64,000 bases of DNA from a bacterium (GTDB lineage: Bacteria > Zixibacteria > MSB-5A5 > GN15 > FEB-12). The position numbers and the translations under genes are program-made. This document shows, piece after piece, positions 48,349 through 57,605 of this stretch; position 1 is the stretch's first letter; each line of letters opens with the position of its first letter. Under the pieces are notes generated by a model that saw only the letters and a program-made list of their open reading frames with translations, searched no databases and was not told the DNA's origin. The DNA is taken from positions 1 through 64,000 of the forward strand of contig JBDRNJ010000031.1 of the NCBI GenBank assembly GCA_043811375.1, in the 5' to 3' direction.

Positions 48349-49036
48349 TCAGTATATCTTAGGAATGAATTTCTTTGTATGTTCGGCGTATTCCGTAAAC
48401 TGGTCACCATACTTCTGAGCCAGGTGCTTATCCAGTGTCGGAATGATGAAAAATACGAAATTCAACGTCATTACCAGGGGGATGACAAGGATAGTGAAGC
48501 TATGAGCAATCAAAGAGAGTCCGATGAAAAGGACTATATCTCCGAAGTAATTGATGTGCATAGAGTGTCTGAACAACCCCTCAGTGTAGAGTCGCCCTTG
48601 ATTCGTTTTTTTTTTGTTTGAACATATGACGAGTGTACTCTGACCGGGTATTGAACCAGGAGCCGAACACGTACATTACAATGCCGATGATCTCTATAGC
48701 GCCTATTGCCAGTTCATTACCACCGCCGACACGCGCGTACATGTAGATAGCCAGAGATATTAGAAATGATGTAATAGTCGTTTCCGGCCAGGTCAACCGG
48801 CGCTTGAGAAAAACAAATGTGGTTATCAGCAGACGCAAAAGATAGATGATAAGGCAGGACAGAAGAACCACGCGGCGAAGGAAATCCCCCCGGAGCTCAT
48901 AGGTTCCGAACCAACTGCTGAGTTTACTTACATCGGCAAACATCAGCACGCCGGAGACAAGAACTGTCAGCGATACCACCACCATAAAGAAAAACTTCGG
49001 TCCCAGAGATGCAATATGTTCATTCTTGAATATCAT
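48349..49036 (-). pseudogene. DUF1295 / steroid 5-alpha-reductase-like membrane protein, frameshifted at an A10 run
   Basis: Removing one A from the run at 48606-48615 joins 48581-49036 to GRLYTEGLFRHSMHINYFGD...KYGDQFTEY..KKFIP. Confidence 0.8.
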
Positions 49037-49111
49037 AATTGTTTCCCATATTGACTGTGGACAAGATCGACGGGTGGCAACCCCAAACTTGTTCGGGGTT
49101 GGGTTCGCCGG

Positions 49112-50788
49112 TTACAGGTTCGTGTAATTCGGGCCTTCGCCCCCCTGGGGCGTGACCCAGCGGATCACCTGGTAAGGATCGGCGATGTCGCACGTCTTGC
49201 AATGGACGCAATTGGACGGCGTCAATTGCAGTTTCTGCTTTCCCTCGCGATCCGGGTCGTCGACCATCTCATATACCTGGGCCGGACAAAAATGTTGACA
49301 GGGGTTGCCGTACTCTTCGGTGCAGCGGTTGTTGCAGGTATCGTAATCGACTATGACCAGATGCGGGGGCTGATCCTCCTCGTGGGTGGAGCCGGATTTG
49401 TAGACATCGGTCAGCTTATCGAAAGTGTATTTGTTGTCGAGCTTGAGCACGGCCTTTTCCGGTGGGTGACCGAACCGATGCACGTAGTCCTCCACTTTGA
49501 GCATATACTTGTGGTCAGCCTTGTTTTCACGGCGATTGTACAAACCGCGTCCGCCGGTCACCATTTGAATAGCGCCGTGGAAGAGTCCGGCTTTCAGGCC
49601 GCCCTTGAAACCGGTGTGGAAATTGCGCGAACTATACAACTCTTTTTTCGCCCAGCTTTTCTCGAAACGTTGCGGGTAACCCTCCAGCACGCTAATAGAG
49701 TAATCCGAGTTCTTAATACACTCGAAGAGTGTCTCGGCCGCCATGATACCCGACTTGATGGCCAGATGGATTCCTTTGAGCCTGCGAGGGTTAAGGAACC
49801 CGGCCGAGTCGCCGCAGAGTATCAGGCCGTGGTGACACAGACGGGGCATCGAGTAGTAACCGGCATCCGGAATCGTCTTGGCTCCGTAGTGGAGCATGGC
49901 GCCGCCGTTCAGTATTCTCTTGACCAGGGGATGCGTTTTGTAGCGCTGGAACTTCAGATGGGGATCGTTGGTAGGGTCCGGCGAGTTCAATCCGACGGCA
50001 TAGCCGACCGAAACCATGGTGTCGGTCATGGCATAAATCCAGCCGCCGCCGTATTCATGCGATGGTTGCGGCCAGCCGATGCTGTGAATGACCTGGCCGG
50101 CTTTGATGCGACCTTCAGGTACTTCCCAGATTTCCTTGATACCGGTCAGGTACGATTGCGGCAGGCAGTCTTCGATCAACTGCGGTATTTTCTCGAAAGC
50201 CTGCCGGGTCAGCGAACCGTGAACACCCTCGCACAGAACCGTCACTTTGGCCTTCACAATCGAGCCCGGTTCGAAATTTGATTTTTTGTTGCCCTCTTTA
50301 TCCAGTCCCATGTCGACCGTCTGGACGCCGATCACGGCGCCGTCCTCGACCAGCAGGTCATATCCGGCCAGTCCGGCAAAGACATCGATCCCCTTGCTTT
50401 CCACCTGCTCGGCCATCCAGCCGGTAAACTTGTTGAGCGATACGATGTAGCTGCCGTGATTGTTAAGCGATGGCGGCATGAAGGGAAATTTGAATGAACC
50501 TCGGGGAGCCAGGTAGTGCAGTTCGTCGGCAATAACTTCAGTTTCCAGCGGTGCTCCCTTGGCGACGAAATCGGGAATCAGTTCGGCAATGCCCCGAGGA
50601 TCCATAACCGCCCCGGACAGAGAATGAGCACCGGCATAGCTGCCCTTTTCCATCAGCAGAATCTCCGGCATCTCCACCGAGTCATCAGTTTCCACCAGGC
50701 AGGCCAGCTTGTAGGCCAGCGCCAGTCCCGCCGGACCGGCTCCCACGATCAGTATGTCAGTGTCAAGAACTTCACGCGCAATATCCAT
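49112..50788 (-). CDS. Electron transfer flavoprotein-ubiquinone oxidoreductase
   Basis: GAGPAG, LSGA, GGGWIY, KGIHLAIKSG, HEEDQP, CPAQVYE, NCVHCKTCDI. Confidence 0.93.
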   Translation of the reverse strand: MDIAREVLDTDILIVGAGPAGLALAYKLACLVETDDSVEMPEILLMEKGSYAGAHSLSGAVMDPRGIAELIPDFVAKGAPLETEVIADELHYLAPRGSFKFPFMPPSLNNHGSYIVSLNKFTGWMAEQVESKGIDVFAGLAGYDLLVEDGAVIGVQTVDMGLDKEGNKKSNFEPGSIVKAKVTVLCEGVHGSLTRQAFEKIPQLIEDCLPQSYLTGIKEIWEVPEGRIKAGQVIHSIGWPQPSHEYGGGWIYAMTDTMVSVGYAVGLNSPDPTNDPHLKFQRYKTHPLVKRILNGGAMLHYGAKTIPDAGYYSMPRLCHHGLILCGDSAGFLNPRRLKGIHLAIKSGIMAAETLFECIKNSDYSISVLEGYPQRFEKSWAKKELYSSRNFHTGFKGGLKAGLFHGAIQMVTGGRGLYNRRENKADHKYMLKVEDYVHRFGHPPEKAVLKLDNKYTFDKLTDVYKSGSTHEEDQPPHLVIVDYDTCNNRCTEEYGNPCQHFCPAQVYEMVDDPDREGKQKLQLTPSNCVHCKTCDIADPYQVIRWVTPQGGEGPNYTNL

Positions 50789-50947
50789 AAACCTGTCCTC
50801 TTTCGATTTTGACTGCTGGAATATATAACTATTGAAAATGGAAGAAAAGAGTTAATGGTCGCGTGGCCTTATTGAAGCCAAAGCAGATTCCGTCTTTCAA
50901 GTCAATGCCGTATTTTGTGTACTGAACGGTTTTTTTGCAATCAGCCC

Positions 50948-51122
50948 GTAGGTCACGCCGACTCGCGGCGTGACAAAATGAATGTCAAGCCCCAAGTGGG
51001 TTTGACTACCGAGCTGCCCTACTAATGCATACCTCCACCCGGAGGGATTGTCCCGATAATCGGGGCGACACAAGGCCGCCCCCTACGCGAAGATTGTGGG
51101 CGGCAGATGTCCACATCTGCCG
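50948..51122. repeat. Cluster of GTAG-type REP/REPIN-like palindromes
   Basis: GTAGGTCACGCCG..CGGCGTGAC, GTCAAGCCC..GGGTTTGACTAC, GGGGCGAC..GCCGCCCCCTAC, CGGCAGATGTCCACATCTGCCG (related copy at 59186-59207). Confidence 0.6.
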
Positions 51123-51268
51123 CGTCTGAGCCGGAACGTGGTTGTTGGGTTTCTCGTTTCGTTTTGCCTTGCTTCACTCCACTCGGCCCCCCCTGCGGTT
51201 CCGACGTCTTTCTTGAAAATAACTCGTCGCCAATCGGGATGGCTGTCGAATCGGTTACTCGAACCCTG

Positions 51269-51775
51269 TCAGTTCGTTACTATCGCCTCGAAACCTGTTT
51301 TCAGTGTTTCGTAAGGCCTGGCGCCGACGAAGCGCATAACTTCGTGTCCATCCTTATCCAGGAAGATCGTGGTGGGCACACCTCTGGTGACACCGAACTT
51401 CAGAATGATATCCCGGCCGGCCATGAGCATAATCCATTTCATGCCGAAATTCCGGGTGAACGCATCTACCTTATCAGGGGTGTCTTTGACAGCCAGGCCA
51501 ATCATCTCAACACCTCGGGGCGAGTATTCTTCATAGAGGCGCACTAGGTCGGGAACCTCTTTGCGGCAGGGTCCGCACCAGGTGCCCCAGAAATTCAGTA
51601 CCACCGGCTGCTTGCCGATCCACTTGGCGGAGTTGTGAGATTGGCCCATTATGTCATAGGCTTCGAAATTAAACGCCGGGTTGGCCATCGTCTGTTTATT
51701 GTCACTGCTGCAACCGATGATTGTTACTGACAGCAATAGAGCCAGAAGGGGCATGTATCTTGGGGGCATTATCAA
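51269..51775 (-). CDS. TlpA family thiol-disulfide oxidoreductase lipoprotein
   Basis: Lipobox IIGC, NFWGTWCGPC, GVPTT. Confidence 0.9.
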   Translation of the reverse strand: MIMPPRYMPLLALLLSVTIIGCSSDNKQTMANPAFNFEAYDIMGQSHNSAKWIGKQPVVLNFWGTWCGPCRKEVPDLVRLYEEYSPRGVEMIGLAVKDTPDKVDAFTRNFGMKWIMLMAGRDIILKFGVTRGVPTTIFLDKDGHEVMRFVGARPYETLKTGFEAIVTN

Positions 51776-52010
51776 TCCTCTGGTGTCAAGTCATTTTGGC
51801 AGCATTATAGCAAATCAGCACCGGGATGCAAGCAGATTGTCTGGAGGACTTTCCTGAAAAATCTATGAATTGAACAGCCCGGTAGTCACGCCCACCTGGA
51901 GGCTGAGACAAAAGATTTTTCAACTGGACCCATGTTATAGATCAAGAAATTACTTTGGATAAATCCGCTGTTTTTTGCGTTATATTATATAGCAGCCATT
52001 ATTTGGAGGA

Positions 52011-52622
52011 TTGATGCACACTTTGTTACTGGCTACCTGGCTCTCTCTGCCCGCCTTCCCTCTTAATCCGGTCGTGCAGGATACTATGGCAGCTGCCAAT
52101 ATGCACTTCACGGTCGGGTTAAGCAGTCCCAATGGCCTGGCCGAGACCGGTCCGGAGTTCTCGTTCAAGTACGAGATCCGTATCGTCCATCCAATTCTTG
52201 TCCGGGCTGCCTTTGACTACCGAACCGGTAAGGTAAATTCGGTCGTCTACCCCCGGGGTACTCTGCACGGAGCTACTGTCTCGACTGATGTCCTGTACTA
52301 TCGTGGTACGCACAAACTGACCGGATACGTCGGTGTGGGTGCAGTTTACACCTTTCATCGTTTTGAGCTTGCTCCGGTGGCGGCCGATTCGTTGCGGAGC
52401 AAACACCAGATTGCCGATGTTGGCTTTGATCCCTCCCTGGGTTTCAGGATCACTATGGGCCTGCGTTTCCATCGGGCAGTATCGCTTGAAATTGCTGTTA
52501 CGGAAGCGCGACCCAATCTGACCTATGTGCGGCGCTATACTGACGAGAGCTACTCCCTGAGAAGGGAACGGATAAGACTCAGTGACGCCCGAATCACCCT
52601 GGGCTACATCTGGTCGATGTGA
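52011..52622 (+). CDS. Putative outer-membrane beta-barrel protein
   Basis: Alternating amphipathic beta strands, GYVGVGAVY, ends RITLGYIWSM. Confidence 0.6.
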   Translation: MMHTLLLATWLSLPAFPLNPVVQDTMAAANMHFTVGLSSPNGLAETGPEFSFKYEIRIVHPILVRAAFDYRTGKVNSVVYPRGTLHGATVSTDVLYYRGTHKLTGYVGVGAVYTFHRFELAPVAADSLRSKHQIADVGFDPSLGFRITMGLRFHRAVSLEIAVTEARPNLTYVRRYTDESYSLRRERIRLSDARITLGYIWSM

Positions 52623-52684
52623 GTGTTGTCACAGCCTCACCGGTGATCTTGTCATCTTTGTTCCGGAGATGATACGTCAAGTAG

Positions 52685-54310
52685 TTATCTGCCGTACCCG
52701 GTCGGGTCAGTAACGGCTGCGTTTAGTGCCGACGCCGCAGCGGTGGCTGCGGAGCAAAGGAAGACTTCCCGGCCTTCATCATCTGTGGGGCGATGACAAT
52801 CCCAGTCCGCGGTGGTCAGACAGCGTTCACCGGGAGCCAGCATTCCCCGGGCATCATCGCTGGAGATATTGTAACCGGGATTGGCCACCACGACACCGGC
52901 TTCCAGGAAGACCCGGATAAGTCCTTTCTTGAGAGCATCCAGATAAACTGATCGGGACGCCGGTACAATCATCACCCGGCAATCGGGATGAACTTTCTTT
53001 CCCCTGAGAATCTCCGCCGTTGCCCGCAGGTCGGAGAATCGACCGCCGTTACCGGATCCGATAATCACTTGCTGCACCGGGAGACCGTCCAGTTCGGCTG
53101 CGGCTCGGATATCGCCCGACCCCTCGGGACCGGCGATCTGCGGTAATAAACGACCGATGTTTATCTGGAACATCTCATCGTAGCGGGCGTCTTTGTCGGC
53201 GATCACCGCCGAATACTGCGGCACGGCTTGCCCGGACAGATACCGTCGCGTCACCGCTTCATAGGGGCAGATGGCCGCCTTGGCTCCCAGGTCCACCGAC
53301 AGCCCGGACAACGTGGCCCGATCAGCGATATTCATCTGGGATACTGCCGGGCCATAATACTCAATAGCCTTGTACTCAGCCCCGCCGGTGCCAAGGCGTT
53401 TGATAATGGCCAGTGCAATATCGCAAGCATGTACTCTTGGCGGCCTGCGGCCGGCGATGTCAATGCGCAGCGTGTAGGGTACTTTCAGCCAGGTCTGGCC
53501 GGTTGCCCACAGTGCTGCCATTTCCGGCACTTCGATACCCGTTCCGAATGCCCCCAGAGCGCCATGCAGCGTGCTCTGCCGATCGGTGCCGAGGCCGAGT
53601 TGTCCGGGAAGGATGCCACCGTTCTCAAGCACCAACTGATGAGAGTTCCCCTGGCCGATGTCGAAAAAACTCTTGATCCCCTGGCGTCGCACGAATTCGC
53701 GAATGACCTGGTGAGATCGGGCCAGTTTATTGGTGCCGTCGTTTCCGCGGCACGATAATGAAATCACAATTCGATTGGGATTGAAAACGTATTCGACACC
53801 AACCTGACGAAACATCTCGATTATGTCATAGGTATCGTCATGTGACATGACCAGGTCCGGCTGCACCATTACCAACTCACCGGCGGTAACCTTGTCGAGA
53901 CCGGCCGTACGCGCGATGATCTTCTCGACTACGGTTCGCTGGCCATACAGCGAAGTCGAACGACCGGCAGTCTTAAGGCCGGGGAAATTGAGTTCCAACT
54001 GCTCCAGTTTGAGAAAAGCCGGTTTTTCCCGCAATCCATAACGTCGCCGCCAGTTGTAGAACGCCGCTTTTGATATCCCCAACTCCAAACCGCAGCGGTC
54101 GTCGTCACCATACCGTTCCCACAGGTTGCGAACTTCACTCTCGGAGAACTTAGGCAGTGAATGCAGCGGCACACCTTTCTTGCGTCGCCAGTAAGCCACC
54201 AGGTAAGCCGGCACGCCGCCCAGCCGTTCGCCGATCTTTTCATCGGTGCGGTACAGCTTCTGAAGCTGGATCAGTTCGGCCTTGGTGGGCATTTTCCGGC
54301 GCGGTCTCAT
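52685..54310 (-). CDS. LeuC/aconitase-family large subunit homolog with N-terminal tandem HTH, lacking Fe-S cysteines
   Basis: TVVEKII, HQLVLE, GALGAFGTG, YKAIEYYG, AAASAL; IGSGNGG and PGYNIS replace the Cys motifs. Confidence 0.75.
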   Translation of the reverse strand: MRPRRKMPTKAELIQLQKLYRTDEKIGERLGGVPAYLVAYWRRKKGVPLHSLPKFSESEVRNLWERYGDDDRCGLELGISKAAFYNWRRRYGLREKPAFLKLEQLELNFPGLKTAGRSTSLYGQRTVVEKIIARTAGLDKVTAGELVMVQPDLVMSHDDTYDIIEMFRQVGVEYVFNPNRIVISLSCRGNDGTNKLARSHQVIREFVRRQGIKSFFDIGQGNSHQLVLENGGILPGQLGLGTDRQSTLHGALGAFGTGIEVPEMAALWATGQTWLKVPYTLRIDIAGRRPPRVHACDIALAIIKRLGTGGAEYKAIEYYGPAVSQMNIADRATLSGLSVDLGAKAAICPYEAVTRRYLSGQAVPQYSAVIADKDARYDEMFQINIGRLLPQIAGPEGSGDIRAAAELDGLPVQQVIIGSGNGGRFSDLRATAEILRGKKVHPDCRVMIVPASRSVYLDALKKGLIRVFLEAGVVVANPGYNISSDDARGMLAPGERCLTTADWDCHRPTDDEGREVFLCSAATAAASALNAAVTDPTGYGR

Positions 54311-54795
54311 AAGTTCTCGAAACCTTTCTTAAGAGCTTCCCAGAGCGGTTCCAGCGGTACCGAGACGACATTGGTTTTGCCGATCACCGGCATGAAGTTG
54401 GTGTCACCCTGCCAGCGCGGCACTACGTGCATATGCAGGTGCTCCGGAATACCGGCGCCCGATGTCTCGCCAAGATTCATGCCGATATTAAAAGAATGCG
54501 GATTAAACGCCTGCTTGGTGACCGTCACCGTACGCCGCGTCAATTCGAAAAATTCATTGGCTTCTTCGGTAGTCAGTTCCTCCAGGTGGGCTATATGCCG
54601 CATGGGGACGATCATCGAATGGCCGGAGTTGTAGGGGTATTTATTTAGAATAACGATATTCTTGCGGCCGCGGTGGACGATCAGGTTTTCGACGGTGTCT
54701 TCCATCTTGATGCGGTTGCAGAAGATACACCCCTGCTCTTTTTCACCGAGTATAAACCCCACCCGCCATGGTGCCCAGATAGTCTTGTCATCCAT
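54307..54795 (-). CDS. HIT family hydrolase (Ap4A phosphorylase-like)
   Basis: WAPWR, CIFC, NKYPYNSGH, HLHMHVVPRW. Confidence 0.92.
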   Translation of the reverse strand: MDDKTIWAPWRVGFILGEKEQGCIFCNRIKMEDTVENLIVHRGRKNIVILNKYPYNSGHSMIVPMRHIAHLEELTTEEANEFFELTRRTVTVTKQAFNPHSFNIGMNLGETSGAGIPEHLHMHVVPRWQGDTNFMPVIGKTNVVSVPLEPLWEALKKGFENL

Positions 54796-55027
54796 AACGA
54801 GTTAAGATAAGCAACCGGAAGCGATTAGCCAACAGCCCCGGTGATATTTTTTGTATAGTAATTGTAGCAAGTTGTGGGGCAGGGGGTTGTGCGGATGGAG
54901 AAAAACACATTCATCAGTTGGTTTACAGTTGCTCCCCGCCCCAGGCAGCAGGTCGGGTTCCGGTGGTTTCGCCACTCTTATGAGAAACCCGACACCTGCG
55001 CTGTGTTTAGTAGTGATCTATCTCCAC

Positions 55028-56641
55028 TTACCCCATAAACGGATACCGGTAGTCGGTTGGGGGCACGAAGTTCTCCTTGACCGAGCGGGGCGATGTCCAG
55101 CGCAGCATATTCTGGATGCCGCCCGCCTTGTCGTTGGTGCCCGATGCCCGACCGCCGCCGAACGGCTGCTGTCCGACCACAGCACCGGTTGGTTTGTCGT
55201 TGATATAGAAGTTGCCGGCGGCGTTGCGCAATGTCCTCTCGGCCAGGGCGACGGCGTTGCGGTCGGTGGCGAACACGGCCCCCGTCAGTGCGTATGGCGA
55301 GGTCTTGTCCAGCACGTGCAGCGTATTGGCGTATTCGTCATCGTCGTAAACATAGATAGTAACCACCGGGCCGAATATCTCCTCTTCCATCAATTTGAAA
55401 TGCGGGTCGGTGGTGACCACCACCGTCGGCTCGATAAACCAGCCTTTGGACTTGTCGTAGTTGCCGCCGCAGATAATCTCGCAGTCGCTTGATTGTTTGG
55501 CGTAATCGACGTACTCGACAATCGTGCGGTAGGCGGGTTCATCGATAACGGCATTGACGAAGGTGCTGAAATCTTCCGGATCGCCCATTTTCAGTTCGCC
55601 GACCATCGTTACCAGCTTGCCCTTGATCTCCGGCCACAGTGACTGCGGCAGGTAGCAGCGTGACGATGCTGAGCATTTCTGACCCTGGAACTCAAATGAA
55701 CCACGTACTATGGCTACCACCAGGGCATCAACGTTGCACGAATTATGAGCGACGATAAAGTCCTTGCCGCCGGTCTCACCGACAATGCGAGGATAAGAGC
55801 GGTAACCGGCAATGTTTGCCCCCACCGTGTTCCACATCGACTGAAAGACAGCCGTTGAGCCGGTGAAATGAATCCCGGCCAGATGTTCGTTTTTCAGCAC
55901 GGTATCACCGATTGCGGCGCCGCGGGCGAAAATGAGATTGACCACACCTTTGGGTAGTCCCGCCTCGATGAGAATCTTCATCAGGAAATGCGAGGTGTAC
56001 ACGGCGGTCGAGGCCGGTTTCCAGACAGATACGTTACCCATGATTGCGGGCGCTGTCGGCAGGTTGCCGTTGATGGAGACAAAGTTAAACGGCGTCACCG
56101 CAAACACGAATCCTTCCAGCGGTCGATGGTCAATGCGGTCCCAGATAGTGGGGGCGCTGAGCGGCTGGATGTCCATGATCTGCTGTGCGAAGTAGCAGTT
56201 GAAGCGCCAGAAATCGGCCAACTCACAAACAGCGTCAATTTCGGCCTGGTAGATCGTTTTGGAATGAGCCAGCATGGTAGCGGCGTTTATCAAGTGCCGG
56301 TAGGGTCCGGTCAGCAAATCGGCCGCTTTCAGAAAGATCGCCGACCGCTGTTCCCAGGGCATATGCGCCCAGGTCTTCTGCGCCTCGATAGCCGACTCCA
56401 CCGCCAGGGCAACTTCCTCGGTGCTGCCCTGGTGGTAATATCCCAGGACCCGGGAATGGTCATGCGGAGAACGGATTTCAACTCTTGTGTCGGGCCGGAT
56501 TTCCTCGCCGTTGATAATCATCGGGATCTGAATTGTTTGGCTCTTGAGTTCAGCCAGGGCCTGGTCCAGCTTGGCCCGTTCGGGTGATCCGGGGGCGTAA
56601 TTGAGAATCGGTTCATTCTTGGGAACTGGCACGCGGTACAT
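55028..56641 (-). CDS. pruA: L-glutamate gamma-semialdehyde (P5C) dehydrogenase
   Basis: NEPIL.YAPGS, PFNF, FTGST, GETGGK, FQGQKCSA, EEIFGP, SGTNDKAG. Confidence 0.95.
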   Translation of the reverse strand: MYRVPVPKNEPILNYAPGSPERAKLDQALAELKSQTIQIPMIINGEEIRPDTRVEIRSPHDHSRVLGYYHQGSTEEVALAVESAIEAQKTWAHMPWEQRSAIFLKAADLLTGPYRHLINAATMLAHSKTIYQAEIDAVCELADFWRFNCYFAQQIMDIQPLSAPTIWDRIDHRPLEGFVFAVTPFNFVSINGNLPTAPAIMGNVSVWKPASTAVYTSHFLMKILIEAGLPKGVVNLIFARGAAIGDTVLKNEHLAGIHFTGSTAVFQSMWNTVGANIAGYRSYPRIVGETGGKDFIVAHNSCNVDALVVAIVRGSFEFQGQKCSASSRCYLPQSLWPEIKGKLVTMVGELKMGDPEDFSTFVNAVIDEPAYRTIVEYVDYAKQSSDCEIICGGNYDKSKGWFIEPTVVVTTDPHFKLMEEEIFGPVVTIYVYDDDEYANTLHVLDKTSPYALTGAVFATDRNAVALAERTLRNAAGNFYINDKPTGAVVGQQPFGGGRASGTNDKAGGIQNMLRWTSPRSVKENFVPPTDYRYPFMG

Positions 56642-56913
56642 GTTTACCTCCTGTGTATCTCACAGCACAATGTCATATCTGTCTTGTTCTGTCCGCAGAC
56701 AGGTGGGTGGATGATAACTACAAACCGGCCATCCGGCAAGAGTCGCGAGGGAGCATTTTTCATGGGTTGCCAACACCGGCAGCCACTCTGACGTTGTCCT
56801 GCAAGCAAGTTTCTTAAGGCAGCAAAAATCGTCACCCTGTCCCGGGGACGTGAACATTGAGCTCTCGTACTCAGAAGAAAACCCACTCGCTGGGTGGAAT
56901 ACGGTGTTCTCTA

Positions 56914-57528
56914 CTATCCGCTTGTTAGCTTGTAGGGTTTCTTTAACTCACAATACGTCTTACGATTGTCAGTCCTGGCCGGGTGTCTAAACGGAATAAC
57001 CCAGACATCACCGGTTTTGTCTTTCACAGGTTCCTGCATTGGTCGATCCGGTTTTACGTTCAGTTCCAGCAGCCAGACCAGGATGTCAAATGTCCCGCAA
57101 GCGACAATCAACTCTGGTTTGATTTCACCGATTTGTTTTAGCAGCAGCTCTCTATCGCGGAAGGCATAGGCGTTGATAACAGACATATCAGAGGATGCTC
57201 CCCCCGTCGCTTTCTTGAGATTGATCGCAGCCACCCGGTGCAGAGACTCCGTTAGTTCTTCTCTTAACATGTTTTCATCAAAAGAGGGGAAGTCGTGTAG
57301 AATGCCGTGTGCCCATCTTGCCACAGCGTGCCACATCTGGAATCTGGGGCCGTTTTTTAACAGATTCTGCAGACCGCCCTTGTAGTCATTCGTTTCCTTT
57401 AGCACGAACAGTATTTTCTTTCCGGCAGCTTTGTACTTCTCGGCGTTTAGTTTGCCATCCCGGCATATCTTGCTGGCATCCAGACCGAGTTGTTTGTAAT
57501 GTTTTTCCCATTCTGAATTCAGGTACAT
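56914..57528 (-). CDS. Hypothetical protein, uracil-DNA glycosylase-like fold
   Basis: ILFVLKE, INLKK, QI..IKPELIVACG, HPAR pattern. Confidence 0.5.
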   Translation of the reverse strand: MYLNSEWEKHYKQLGLDASKICRDGKLNAEKYKAAGKKILFVLKETNDYKGGLQNLLKNGPRFQMWHAVARWAHGILHDFPSFDENMLREELTESLHRVAAINLKKATGGASSDMSVINAYAFRDRELLLKQIGEIKPELIVACGTFDILVWLLELNVKPDRPMQEPVKDKTGDVWVIPFRHPARTDNRKTYCELKKPYKLTSG

Positions 57529-57605
57529 GGGGTAACCTCCTTTCTAATGAACATCCTATCTCCGATTGCCATCCTCAAACCGGAGACTGACAGCCAGCGT
57601 CGCGG

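Noticed and set aside
49202..50281. 359-aa plus-strand ORF (similarly 47410-48240, 42110-42802, 15015-15755)
   Set aside because: Antisense shadows of well-supported genes in GC-rich coding DNA.
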